Below, one piece after another: positions 17,000 through 26,627 of a stretch of DNA of 64,000 nt. The position numbers were made by a program, and so were the translations under genes. How positions within the stretch are numbered: position 1 is the first letter of the stretch; each line of letters starts with the position of its first letter. Where the stretch lies: positions 22,856 through 86,855 of the forward strand of contig JACPLW010000010.1 in the NCBI GenBank assembly GCA_016186325.1, given 5' to 3'. The notes under the pieces were generated by a model. That model was not told where the DNA came from. It saw nothing but the letters and a program-made list of their open reading frames with translations, and ran no database searches. This DNA is from Parcubacteria group bacterium (GTDB lineage: Bacteria; Patescibacteriota; Minisyncoccia; UBA10092).

Positions 17000-19108
17000 C
17001 TACTCCAAGTGGATTCTGTTTTTAAATTCCGAAAGTCGCGACGCAAGAAGCGGATATTTTTTTAGCGCCGGGTCGTTGTTTAAAAGCGTTTTTGCCGCTT
17101 CCCGTGTTTCTTCTATAAGTTTTAAATCCGTCAATGATGACATTGCCAGATCCGGCAAACCAGATTGGCGGACGCCAGAAAAATCGCCCGGACCACGAAT
17201 TTCCAAGTCTTTTTCGGCAAGTTCAAAACCGCTTTTGGCCGATTCAAGGGCCTTTAAACGCGCGCCGGTTTTACCGGAAGTCGAGTCGGTTAGAAGAAAA
17301 CAATAGGATTGATGTTTGTCCCGGCCGACCCGGCCCCTGAATTGATAAAGAGAGGCCAGACCGAACCTGTCGGCGCCCTCAATCATCATTACGGTGGCAT
17401 TTGGAACATCAATGCCCACTTCGACAACCGAAGTGGCCACGAGAATATCTAAATCTTTATTTAAAAAATCAAGCATTATTTTTTCTTTTTCCTTAGCTTT
17501 CAATCGGCCATGAATAAGCCCGATTTTGAATTCAGAAAATATTTCTTTTTTCAATCTTTCGTATTCTTTGATCGCTGCCCTAACCTCTATTCCTTCGGGA
17601 GATCTTTTTGACAGCTTTTCCGATTCTTCTATAAGAGGACAAATTATAAATCCCTGGTGCCCTTTCTTTATTTCGGATTTGATAATTTCATAAGTTTCCG
17701 CTCGTTGTGAGGGCGTGACGATCTTAGTAATAATATTTTTTCGCCCCTTCGGCATTTCTTTTATTAAAGACAAATCCAAATCGCCCCAAATGGTAAGGCC
17801 TAAGGTTCTAGGGATTGGCGTTGCCGTCATGGAAAGCAGGTGCGGCACCGGTATTTCACGGCGCGTCAGCGCGGCGCGCTGGTTAACTCCAAAGCGATGC
17901 TGTTCATCTATAATGACTAACGCCAGATTTTTAAATTTTACATTTTTTTGGATTAACGAATGAGTACCGATTATTATGGGAATTTCGCCACCCGCCACTT
18001 TTTTTATAAATTCTTTTTTGGTAATTTCTCCGTTTGAAATTTTGGCTTCGTTTGAAGTTAAAAGACCTGATTCAATTTTAAATTGCTTTAAAAGCGGAGA
18101 TATTTTTTCAAAATGTTGGCGACTTAGAATCTCGGTCGGTGCCATAATGGCAGTTTGATAGTTGTTTAAGGCGACTAGATAGGCCGATATTGTTGCGACA
18201 ACGGTTTTGCCGCTTCCAACGTCGCCCTCCAGTAGCCGGTTCATTGGCGACGGCATTGCTATATCCTGTATTATTTGCCAAGCGGATTTTTTTTGGTCGC
18301 CGGTCAATTTATAAGGAAGAGAATCGACAAATTCTTTAGTTAATTTTTCATCAAATTTTATTTTTGGCGCAGTTTGTTTTTGCAGTTTTGACCTTTCGAG
18401 TCCCATAAAAAGCTGTAAGACGAAAAGCTCTTCAAATGCAAATCTTCTTTTTGCCAATTCGGCTTTTTCAATCGTCTGCGGAAAATGGATTTGAGAAAAG
18501 GCGTAGCTTAAATCGGGAAGGCGATAGGCTTTTTTTATTTCACCGGGAATAACATCTGGGATTTGGCCGGCAAATTTAAGAAGCGGCTTTATGCCTAGTC
18601 TTAACCAGCGGGAAGTGATGCCGTAGGTCTCGGGGTAAACAGGAACCAATCGTCCGGTATGAAGAGTTTCTTCTTTGTTGTATGAATTTTCGCCGTGGCT
18701 CGTGATTTCATAGGCCGGATTGGAAAAACAAAGATGATTTTTATTTAAAACCACTTTGCCGGAAAGATTAAGCGTGTATCCTGGTTTTAGTTGGTTTATT
18801 AAATACGGTTGATTAAACCAGACTGACTTAATGGCACCGCTTTCGTTTTCAACGACGGCTTCCGTAATGATTATGTTTCTTCGAAAAATCCTGATATTTT
18901 TAGCGCTTAAAATTACCCCGTGTATTGTCGCTTTGGTATTGGGTTTGATATTGGATATGGAAACAAAATCAGAAAAATCTTCATAGCGATAAGGGAAGTG
19001 ATATAAAAAATCGCTAGCCTTTTTTATATTAAGTTTGGCGAATTTTTTAGCCGCAGCCGGCCCGAAGTATTTAATGTTTTGAATCGGGACATCAAGAATT
19101 GATGGCAT
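17000..19108 (-). CDS. recG: ATP-dependent DNA helicase RecG
   Basis: GDVGSGKT, DEQHRFGV, MTATPIPRTL, QFRGRVGR, DLEIRGPG. Confidence 0.97.
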   Translation of the reverse strand: MPSILDVPIQNIKYFGPAAAKKFAKLNIKKASDFLYHFPYRYEDFSDFVSISNIKPNTKATIHGVILSAKNIRIFRRNIIITEAVVENESGAIKSVWFNQPYLINQLKPGYTLNLSGKVVLNKNHLCFSNPAYEITSHGENSYNKEETLHTGRLVPVYPETYGITSRWLRLGIKPLLKFAGQIPDVIPGEIKKAYRLPDLSYAFSQIHFPQTIEKAELAKRRFAFEELFVLQLFMGLERSKLQKQTAPKIKFDEKLTKEFVDSLPYKLTGDQKKSAWQIIQDIAMPSPMNRLLEGDVGSGKTVVATISAYLVALNNYQTAIMAPTEILSRQHFEKISPLLKQFKIESGLLTSNEAKISNGEITKKEFIKKVAGGEIPIIIGTHSLIQKNVKFKNLALVIIDEQHRFGVNQRAALTRREIPVPHLLSMTATPIPRTLGLTIWGDLDLSLIKEMPKGRKNIITKIVTPSQRAETYEIIKSEIKKGHQGFIICPLIEESEKLSKRSPEGIEVRAAIKEYERLKKEIFSEFKIGLIHGRLKAKEKEKIMLDFLNKDLDILVATSVVEVGIDVPNATVMMIEGADRFGLASLYQFRGRVGRDKHQSYCFLLTDSTSGKTGARLKALESAKSGFELAEKDLEIRGPGDFSGVRQSGLPDLAMSSLTDLKLIEETREAAKTLLNNDPALKKYPLLASRLSEFKNRIHLE

Positions 19109-19111
19109 ATG

Positions 19112-19183
19112 TCCCCTCGGTAGGAATCGAACCTACATTGCAAGATCCGCAATCTTGCGTCCTGTCCATTGAACGACGAGGGG
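19112..19183 (-). tRNA. tRNA-Arg(GCG)
   Basis: Acceptor CCCCTCG/CGAGGGG, anticodon arm CAAGA-TTGCGGA-TCTTG. Confidence 0.9.
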
Positions 19184-19248
19184 AGGATAATAAATAATAA
19201 CTGCTCAATAAGCAGCTATATTTTACCACATTTTTTAAATTTTCGCTA

Positions 19249-19827
19249 CTAAAAAAGCTTTTTTCTCAACAAGTCAATAAACGATTCATTTTCCTCGGTT
19301 TCTTCCAGATATCTGTTGAGAATTTTTCTTATGTACGTTTCATCGTTATTATAAAAGGGGATGATAAGAAGCGGCGTCAAATGTTTTTTAAAGTGAAAGG
19401 CAATTTCCCTTTCGTGAGTAGAGCTCTCTTCTTGGGAACTAAAGTCTTGTCCAGTTTGTTGCTCAAGTCTAGCAGGAAAAATCCAGAAGGATTCAAAATT
19501 TTCATATGGATAAAACTTACTGTCGATGTGAAGTCCTTGACTATCCAAACGGAAATCAATCAGCTCGCGCTTTTTATTTTTAATGGCGTATATAATAAAA
19601 GCCGCTAAAGCGATGATGATAATAAGAAGATAGTTTTTTAGGATAATCGAAAAAACAACGAGCGCCAAAGCCAGAATTCCTAAAGCCCAAAACCACTCTG
19701 AAGCTTTTGGCATATGGTCGGGTTCTTCAATCTGCCAGTTTATCCCGCCAAAGGCGGGGTCTACTTCTTCCGATGTGTTTTCATCGCGTATTTTTAGTTT
19801 TATTGTTTCATCTGGTGCGGGTATCAT
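19249..19827 (-). CDS. Conserved CPR hypothetical membrane protein
   Basis: W..EE..H..K...W, two TM helices, Y....SFWI; function unknown. Confidence 0.7.
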   Translation of the reverse strand: MIPAPDETIKLKIRDENTSEEVDPAFGGINWQIEEPDHMPKASEWFWALGILALALVVFSIILKNYLLIIIIALAAFIIYAIKNKKRELIDFRLDSQGLHIDSKFYPYENFESFWIFPARLEQQTGQDFSSQEESSTHEREIAFHFKKHLTPLLIIPFYNNDETYIRKILNRYLEETEENESFIDLLRKKLF

Positions 19828-19923
19828 TTTAATGAATAAATATAGTTCATAGTTGCGAAGGTCACCTTCGCAACCTACTGGCGGACTTTGTCACGCCGTA
19901 GGTTCGCTTCGGCGAACCGAAGG

Positions 19924-20010
19924 CGGAAGCGGGAGGATTCGAACCTCCGATACTCTTTCGAGTATACCGCATTTCGAGTGCGGCCCATTCAACCACTCTG
20001 GCACGCTTCC
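19924..20010 (-). tRNA. tRNA-Ser(CGA)
   Basis: Acceptor GGAAGCG/CGCTTCC, anticodon arm CCGCA-CTCGAAA-TGCGG, long variable arm. Confidence 0.95.
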
Positions 20011-20096
20011 TTAATAATACTAATGTTATTATTTTAAACCTAATTTTGCCAAATTAAAATCCCGATAGCAATTCGGGATTTGTTCCTTGTTTCTAA

Positions 20097-20336
20097 TTAG
20101 AAGAATCTTTCGTTATAGATTTTGATGCATTCCACAGAACAACAGGGATGATAATCTCGGCGAAGTTCGTCGCTGTTAACTTGACGGTCGCAAATCTTGC
20201 AATGATAATGGGGGAGCTTGTAATCACAATCTTCTTCATCACATTTCATCGGGACTAGGCCTCTGTCAAAATCTTGACTAAGTGCCGGACCGGCATCTTC
20301 ATTAAGATTGCGACTATCACTACCACATTCATCCAT
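20097..20336 (-). CDS. Small Cys/His-rich putative zinc-binding protein
   Basis: SD AAGGAG before ATG 20336; C..C, HYHC..C, CCS..C; downstream hairpin. Confidence 0.6.
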   Translation of the reverse strand: MDECGSDSRNLNEDAGPALSQDFDRGLVPMKCDEEDCDYKLPHYHCKICDRQVNSDELRRDYHPCCSVECIKIYNERFF

Positions 20337-20473
20337 TATCCACTCCTTCGTGTGGTTGTTTTTTTTTAAAAGACCCAAAAGCACTAATTACAATTTTTTT
20401 ATCATACTATATTTTCAGATGTCAAATTTTTGCGTAGCGTCTTGGAAATAGAAAGATGTGGCGGCGCACTCTT

Positions 20474-21400
20474 TTATTCTAAAAACAAAAGATTTAACAG
20501 TGCCATGCGAATATACAATCCATTTCGAGCTTGGCGAAAATATGCGGCGCGCTTATCGTCATCGACTTCTCGGCTAATTTCGTTGACTCTCGGCAATGGA
20601 TGCATAATAACGGCTCGCTTGTTAAGTTTACTAAGCATTTTTTTATTCAAAACAAATGAATTTTTCACTCGTTCATAAAGCCTCGCCGATGAAAATCGTT
20701 CTTTCTGAATTCGCGTCATGTACAAGACATTGATTTTTGGAAGAATACTTTCCAAGTTATCAGATTCAGAAAACTTTATTTTTCGCGAATTCAAGAAAGA
20801 TTTATATTTTTGGGGTAATCTCAACTCTCGTGGCGCGACTAAGAATATTTCAACATTATTACAAATCGAAAGAAGATAAATGAGCGAGTGAATTGTTCTG
20901 CCGTAGAGCAGATCGCCAACCATGCCAATTTTAAGATTATCAATACTGCCGAGTTCTTTTTTAATGGTGTATAAATCAAGAAGTGCTTGGGTGGGATGTT
21001 CGCCATCGCCATCTCCTGCATTGATAATAGGTACAGAAGAAACTTTTGCAGCTCGCTCGGCCGCTTCGGATTCGTGGTGGCGAAGGACAATCATGTCGGA
21101 ATACCCAGCAATAATTCGCACGCTATCCTCCAGCGTTTCTCCTTTGATGGCCGAAGAAAAATGTTCCGCGCTCTCGGTAGAAATTACTTGACCGCCCAGC
21201 TTGAGCATAGCGGACTCGAAAGAAAACCGAGTGCGAGTACTCGGTTCGTAGAAAACACAAGAGAGGATTTTGTTCTGCAAGAGTTTCGGAGTTTTACCTT
21301 TGAGGTCTGCTTTTTCAAATTTATCTGCTCTTCTGAAAATATCTACGAGCACTCTTTTATTCAAAAATTGTTGCGTGCTTAAGATATGTCTAAAGCTCAT
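20474..21400 (-). CDS. pyrB: Aspartate carbamoyltransferase catalytic subunit
   Basis: FYEPSTRTRFSFE, NAGDG.GEHPTQ, YMTRIQKER, MHPLPR. Confidence 0.96.
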   Translation of the reverse strand: MSFRHILSTQQFLNKRVLVDIFRRADKFEKADLKGKTPKLLQNKILSCVFYEPSTRTRFSFESAMLKLGGQVISTESAEHFSSAIKGETLEDSVRIIAGYSDMIVLRHHESEAAERAAKVSSVPIINAGDGDGEHPTQALLDLYTIKKELGSIDNLKIGMVGDLLYGRTIHSLIYLLSICNNVEIFLVAPRELRLPQKYKSFLNSRKIKFSESDNLESILPKINVLYMTRIQKERFSSARLYERVKNSFVLNKKMLSKLNKRAVIMHPLPRVNEISREVDDDKRAAYFRQARNGLYIRMALLNLLFLE

Positions 21401-21479
21401 ATGATTAAAAAATTTTCTTCCTCGCTATAACTATAACACAATTTCCTAAATGGTGCAGTATTCTTGAATTAGTCCGAAC

Positions 21480-21590
21480 CCTCTTTCGCTAAAGCTACAG
21501 ATGGGCGCGGCGCATTTCGCCCGCCGAAGTTTTAACGAAAGCGGATGACAATTTTCCGCCTACGCTCTTCGAGCTACGGCGGACAAGCAA
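21480..21590. repeat. Cluster of GCTAAAGCTACGG-type palindromes (family C)
   Basis: TTCGCTAAAGCTAC, CCGCCGAAGTTTTAACGAAAGCGG, CCGCCTACGCTCTTCGAGCTACGGCGGACAAG. Confidence 0.65.
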
Positions 21591-21705
21591 GTTTTTCTTT
21601 GGCGGCAAATTCTTTGTTCTTTGAATTATGAAAAAAAATGGCTCCGCGCGTTAGCTAGGAGCCATGTTGAGCGAGTTGTACTCGCTTGACTGCTGCGAAG
21701 TGACA

Positions 21706-21885
21706 TTAAGAAGGTTTGTTCAACCATGCTCGGAAGCGGACTACAAACCATCCGCCTAGCATAACAATGGTGAGCAGATACAGAGCAACAGATCCGGTCG
21801 GTGGATCGTTGTATGCCCCGAAATACTTTCCGTTGATTACGGCGACAATTAAGCCGCCGACCCACAAAAACGAGCTTCTTTTCAT
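21706..21885 (-). CDS. Small two-TM membrane protein (59 aa, not in ORF track)
   Basis: MKRSSFLWVGGLIVAVING...VALYLLTIVMLGGWFVVRFRAWLNKPS*; SD GAGG upstream, terminator near 21630-21666. Confidence 0.6.
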   Translation of the reverse strand: MKRSSFLWVGGLIVAVINGKYFGAYNDPPTGSVALYLLTIVMLGGWFVVRFRAWLNKPS

Positions 21886-22127
21886 TTGCCCACCCTCATT
21901 TAAAGGTACGGTTTGATTTCACTCTAGCACTACGCTGAAGGTTCAATCTAATATAGCATACCCACTATGAAAAGTCAAGGTTTGTGCGAAAATAATAAAA
22001 TAGTCCTATTTAGACCATTTTCTTAAATCCTTATGAAAAATTTTTCTTCCCCCAAAATTAAAATATGGTTCCCTCCTTCGTCCTTCGACTTGCTCAGGAC
22101 TACGGACGGGCAAGCGAGCCGATGTCT

Positions 22128-22202
22128 TGGTGCACCCGGAAGGATTCGAACCTTCGACCTTCTCCTTAAGAGGGAGCAGCTCTACCACTGAGCTACGGGT
22201 GC
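22128..22202 (-). tRNA. tRNA-Lys(CTT)
   Basis: Acceptor GCACCCG/CGGGTGC, loop CTCTTAA, encoded CCA. Confidence 0.92.
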
Positions 22203-22291
22203 GTAATTTAACTTTTGCGTTCTCGGAGGGATTCGAACCTCCAATAATCCCGCCAAGGCGGGATCGTGATACTCGCCCGCCCAAACTTTTG

Positions 22292-22365
22292 CGCGCCCTG
22301 AGGGATTCGAACCCCCGACCCCTTGTTCCGAAGACAAGTGCTCTAATCCGCTGAGCTAAGGGCGC
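22292..22365 (-). tRNA. tRNA-Arg(TCG)
   Basis: Acceptor GCGCCCT/AGGGCGC, anticodon arm CTTGT-CTTCGGA-ACAAG. Confidence 0.93.
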
Positions 22366-22411
22366 AAAAGTTTGGGCGGGTCAATTTCACCACGAGGACA
22401 AAAACCTGTTG

Positions 22412-22499
22412 CCGCAGGTGACCGTTCTGTCCAACTCCGACGCTTCTAGGTCGGAGCTCCGACTTTTTACTTAGAACGTCGGAGTTGAGCTACGGGCGC
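22412..22499 (-). pseudogene. 5' half of an Arg(GCG)-like tRNA interrupted in the D loop by a family A palindrome
   Basis: GCGCCCGTAGCTCAA[insert 22435-22484]TTGGACAGAACGGTCAC-CTGCGG. Confidence 0.6.
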
Positions 22500-22576
22500 A
22501 TTAAAATAGATTTATAAAATAACACAAAATTGCTTAAAAGTAAATATCCACACTCACCAATGAGTGTGGATATAAA

Positions 22577-24154
22577 TTATCTCTTCCAAAGTCTTAACAA
22601 GCTTTTTCCGGTCATTTCCGGAGGTTGTTTTAATTCCATTAACTCTAAGATCGTCGGCGTCACATCGGCCAAAATGCCATCTACCCCAATTTTTCCAAGC
22701 TCAACCTCTTCCGGTGTTTTTTCCCGGTTAAAATCATTGGCGATAAGGTAAAAAGGCACTGGGCTGTCAGTGTGTTCCGTATGCGGCTGGCCAGTTAAAA
22801 GGTCAATCATCTCGTCGGCATTGCCATGGTCGGAAGTAATTATAAGTACGGCGTTGGTTTTCAGCGATTCAGCCATCAGTTGGCCCATCTCTTTGTCTAA
22901 AATCTCAATAGCGGAAACCGCGGCCTTAAAACTTCCGGTATGGGCAATCATATCGGCATTGGCGTAATTGACAACGATAAAATCATATTTTTTTGAATTT
23001 ATGGATTCAATAATTTTTTCCGTAATTTCTTCGGCCGCCATTGCCTGGTTTTCTTCAAAATTACTGTCGCGCATTGTCGGAATAATTATTCTGTCTTCCT
23101 TTGGGAAAGGATTTTCAATCCCGCCATTAAAAAAATAAGTTATATGCGCGTATTTTTCTGTTTCCGCGATATGAATTTGGGCTTTACCGGCATCGGAAAT
23201 CATTTTTGCCAAAGAATTTTCAATTTTTAGCGGTTCAAACAAAACATGGATAGGGAGGCTTTCTTCATAGCGGGTCATTGTGGCAAAATAGAGGTTATTT
23301 ATTTTATCTCTTACAAACTTATTGAAATTTTCTTCTACAAAAGCGCGAGTTAATTGCCGGGCGCTGTCTTCTCTAAAATCTAAATAGATAACGGCATCGC
23401 CGTCTTTAATCAATCCATCATTTTCTGAAGAAGGCCCGGCGATTACTTTCGGTTCAATAAATTCATCGGTCAGGCCCTTATCGTAATCCGATTGAAGAGC
23501 GCTTTTTGTATCGCTGTAAATCTCGCCCGAGGCTTCGGTTAAGAGGCGATACGCTTTTTCGGTTTTGTCCCAGCTGTTGTCTCTATCCATCGCAAAGTGG
23601 CGGCCGATTAAATTCACGATTTTTGCAAAAGGATATTCCTGCGCTATTTTGTTTTGCACTTTTTCATAAAAATTCAGCGCTTCTTTGGGTGGCGAATCGC
23701 GGCCGTCGGTAAATGCGTGGATAAAGACTTTTTCTAAGTTTTCCTTTTTGGCGAATTCTAAAAGAGCGTAAAGATGATCGATGTAGCTATGAACATTGCC
23801 GCTGCCGATAAGGCCCATGATATGGAAAGCCGAATTGTTTTTTCTGATATGTTCAACCGCGCCAAGAAGCGCCGGATTTGCGTAAAAAGAGCCGTCGCGA
23901 ATGGCGAAAATAATGCGCGGCAGATACTGGTAGACAATTCTTCCGGAACCAAGATTCAAGTGGCCGACTTCGGAATTACCTTCTTCGCCCCACGGCTGGC
24001 CAACGGCGATTCCCGATGCCTGAAGATTAGTCACCCTAAAATTTTTTTCAATAAAATCAAAGTTTGGTTTACGGGCTTTAAAAATAGCGTTAGCCGCGTT
24101 TTCCGGCCCCCGCCCGTATCCGTCTAAAATTACTAAAATAACCGGTTTGTACAT
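22577..24154 (-). CDS. gpmI: 2,3-bisphosphoglycerate-independent phosphoglycerate mutase
   Basis: ILDGYG, GNSEVGH, DGRD, AETEKYAHITYFFNGG, DHGNA. Confidence 0.96.
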   Translation of the reverse strand: MYKPVILVILDGYGRGPENAANAIFKARKPNFDFIEKNFRVTNLQASGIAVGQPWGEEGNSEVGHLNLGSGRIVYQYLPRIIFAIRDGSFYANPALLGAVEHIRKNNSAFHIMGLIGSGNVHSYIDHLYALLEFAKKENLEKVFIHAFTDGRDSPPKEALNFYEKVQNKIAQEYPFAKIVNLIGRHFAMDRDNSWDKTEKAYRLLTEASGEIYSDTKSALQSDYDKGLTDEFIEPKVIAGPSSENDGLIKDGDAVIYLDFREDSARQLTRAFVEENFNKFVRDKINNLYFATMTRYEESLPIHVLFEPLKIENSLAKMISDAGKAQIHIAETEKYAHITYFFNGGIENPFPKEDRIIIPTMRDSNFEENQAMAAEEITEKIIESINSKKYDFIVVNYANADMIAHTGSFKAAVSAIEILDKEMGQLMAESLKTNAVLIITSDHGNADEMIDLLTGQPHTEHTDSPVPFYLIANDFNREKTPEEVELGKIGVDGILADVTPTILELMELKQPPEMTGKSLLRLWKR

Positions 24155-24238
24155 ATGAACATATAATACAATTTTTAATTAATAATTTCTAATTTTTGTA
24201 TGATTAAATTATTCTTATCTGTTATATTATCTTAATTC

Positions 24239-24280
24239 TTTATCCGCATTCATGTCCTCGAGGCATCTTGTGCGGATAAA
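24239..24280. repeat. Left hairpin flanking the PaaX/Cas2-like gene
   Basis: TTTATCCGCA..TGTCCTCGAGG..TGCGGATAAA. Confidence 0.8.
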
Positions 24281-24326
24281 ACTTTTAGTATATTATTTAG
24301 TATAATATTTTATTTATGATTTTAAT

Positions 24327-24896
24327 ATGATCTTAAAAGGGAAATCATTGACTAGGGAAATATTATTTGTGGTTGCCGTTAGTCCAATTTTGCTTTCTGC
24401 CCTATTTGCTCCCAACGCAGTTCAGCTTTTAAAGCCGTTGATTAAATGGCGTAAAAATTGGGATAAGATTGATTATAAACGAATCCATGAAGCAGTACGG
24501 AGACTAAACAATAAAAGATTAGTAAGATTAACGGAAAAAGGCGATAAGTTATTTATAGAAATTACCGACAGCGGTAAACGATTAGTTAAAAACTTTGATT
24601 ATGATAATTTAGAACTGCCCAAACTAAAAGAATGGGACAAAAAATGGCGGTTGGTGGTCTTTGACATTCCCAATAAAAAGAAAAAAGAAAGGCGCGCTTT
24701 TTCCAGAAAATTAAAAGATATTGGTTTTTATCCTCTGCAGGAAAGCGTATTTATTTATCCTTATGATTGCCGCGATGAAATGGATTTTATTTGCGAATTT
24801 TTATCAATCGGCCGTTATATAAATTATTGTATTGTTGAATCTTTAGATAAAAGAGAAGGAGATCTGCGCCGAATCTTTGATTTAGAGCTTTCTTAA
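24327..24896 (+). CDS. PaaX-like protein: winged-HTH plus Cas2-like ferredoxin-fold domain
   Basis: ITDSGK wHTH end, WDKKWRLVVFDIP, RR...LK..GFYPLQESVFIYP. Confidence 0.8.
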   Translation: MILKGKSLTREILFVVAVSPILLSALFAPNAVQLLKPLIKWRKNWDKIDYKRIHEAVRRLNNKRLVRLTEKGDKLFIEITDSGKRLVKNFDYDNLELPKLKEWDKKWRLVVFDIPNKKKKERRAFSRKLKDIGFYPLQESVFIYPYDCRDEMDFICEFLSIGRYINYCIVESLDKREGDLRRIFDLELS

Positions 24897-24930
24897 AGTA
24901 CTGGGCGCAAAAAGTATTTTGAAAAGTTGT

Positions 24931-24970
24931 TTATCCGCATATGTGTCCTCGAGGTCAGATATGCGGATAA
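24931..24970. repeat. Right hairpin flanking the PaaX/Cas2-like gene
   Basis: TTATCCGCATAT-GTGTCCTCGAGGTCAG-ATATGCGGATAA. Confidence 0.8.
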
Positions 24971-25078
24971 CTTAAAGATGATTTAAATTTAAAAACGTTT
25001 TTTAATATATAAACTTGCTAAATTCTAATTGGCGGGATATTCTGAATTTAGAATGAACGGCAGAGAGGAGAAATTGTC

Positions 25079-25627
25079 ATGAAAAGATTACCGCGCACAC
25101 AATTTGGAAATCCCATACTAAGAAAAAGGGCCAAAACAGTTTCTCCAAAGCTGTTCGGTAGTCGTTCTTTGAAACAGCTTATTAAAGAAATGTTTTTTAC
25201 CATGCGGCACGTAGGTGGAGTTGGTCTTGCGGCTCCACAGATTGGGAAACCTCTTCAACTCGCAGTCATTGAGATCAAGAAAACACCGATACGACCAGAA
25301 GTTGTACCTTTAGCACCAACTGTGATTATCAATCCGGAGATCCTTACAGTTTCAAAAGAAAAAATCAACGACTGGGAAGGTTGTTTAAGCTTACCGAATG
25401 TCCGCGGCCTAGTACCTAGACATAAAGGAGTAACCATAAAATACTTTGATCAATCCGGCGAAAGACGCATTGTGAAACTTCATGGATTTCAAGCGAGAGT
25501 TTTCCAACACGAAATTGATCATCTTGATGGCACGGTATACGTAGACAGGATGCAAGACATGCAAAGCCTTATGACCTCCGGAGAATTCAAGAGGCGCATT
25601 CTTAGTAAGGGGCTTAAGAGCAAGTAA
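25079..25627 (+). CDS. def: Peptide deformylase
   Basis: GVGLAAPQIG, EGCLS, QHEIDHLDG. Confidence 0.96.
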   Translation: MKRLPRTQFGNPILRKRAKTVSPKLFGSRSLKQLIKEMFFTMRHVGGVGLAAPQIGKPLQLAVIEIKKTPIRPEVVPLAPTVIINPEILTVSKEKINDWEGCLSLPNVRGLVPRHKGVTIKYFDQSGERRIVKLHGFQARVFQHEIDHLDGTVYVDRMQDMQSLMTSGEFKRRILSKGLKSK

Positions 25628-25752
25628 AATAAATTATTATAGCGTTGTTACTTTTCCTCTGTTATGGGAGAATCGACAGCGCTTTTATTTTTAAACACCT
25701 TTCTTTTTTAATCATTGACAAAATGTTTGGATACGGTTAAATTATGGAGGTT

Positions 25753-26163
25753 ATGCCGACTATTCATCAACTAATAAAAAAACCGAGGCGACCGAAGAAA
25801 AGCAAGACCAAATCTCCGGCTTTGCAGTATTATTTTAATTCCATAAAAAATCGGCCGGTATTTTCATCTTCTCCTTTTAAACGCGGCGTTTGCGTTAAGG
25901 TTTTTACTACAACTCCAAAAAAACCAAACTCGGCTTTGCGGAAAGTGGCCAGAGTCCGCCTAACCAACGGCAAAGAAGTAACGGCCTATATCGGCGGCGA
26001 GGGCCACAGTCTGCAGGAACACTCGGTGGTTGTTATTCGAGGAGGCCGCGTTAAGGATCTCCCCGGCGTTCGGTATCACATTGTGCGAGGCATTTTGGAT
26101 TTTGCCGGAGTAGAAGGAAGAAAGCAGGAGCGAAGCAAATACGGGGTGAAAAAACCAAAATGA
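25753..26163 (+). CDS. rpsL: 30S ribosomal protein S12
   Basis: [23 protein letters not shown]. Confidence 0.98.
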   Translation: MPTIHQLIKKPRRPKKSKTKSPALQYYFNSIKNRPVFSSSPFKRGVCVKVFTTTPKKPNSALRKVARVRLTNGKEVTAYIGGEGHSLQEHSVVVIRGGRVKDLPGVRYHIVRGILDFAGVEGRKQERSKYGVKKPK

Positions 26164-26627
26164 GGCGAAAAACAAAAATAAAAAGATATATTATTCCCGA
26201 TGAGCGATATAATAACCCGGTTGTTTCCAAACTGGTGAATTATGTTATGCGGAACGGTAAAAAATCGGTTGCTCAAAAAGTTGTCTATACTTCGTTTGAC
26301 ATAATAAAAGAAAAAACAAAAGCCAATCCGATTGAAATTTTTGACAGAGCGATGAGAAACATTACGCCCTCAATTGAGGTAAAATCGCGCCGGGTAGGCG
26401 GCGCCAATTATCAAGTGCCCCAGCCGGTACGCAATGAAAGAAAAGTTCAACTGGCTTTTAGGTGGCTTCTTCTTGCCGCAAAATCAAAAAAGGGAAAACC
26501 TATGGCCGAAAAACTGGCCGAAGAATTAATGCTTGCTTCAAACAACGAAGGATCGGCAATAAGAAAGAAGCTGGATACCCATAGGATGGCTGAAGCAAAC
26601 AGGGCATTCGCGCATTTTTCATGGTAG
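26160..26627 (+). CDS. rpsG: 30S ribosomal protein S7
   Basis: [24 protein letters not shown]. Confidence 0.98.
   Translation: MRRKTKIKRYIIPDERYNNPVVSKLVNYVMRNGKKSVAQKVVYTSFDIIKEKTKANPIEIFDRAMRNITPSIEVKSRRVGGANYQVPQPVRNERKVQLAFRWLLLAAKSKKGKPMAEKLAEELMLASNNEGSAIRKKLDTHRMAEANRAFAHFSW

Noticed and set aside
21626-22354. ORF-track entries at 21626, 21716, 22006 and 22127
   Set aside because: They overlap tRNAs or the better-supported 21706-21885 ORF.
24239-24970. CRISPR array beside the Cas2-like gene
   Set aside because: Only two hairpins ~690 bp apart, no spacer periodicity and no cas1.
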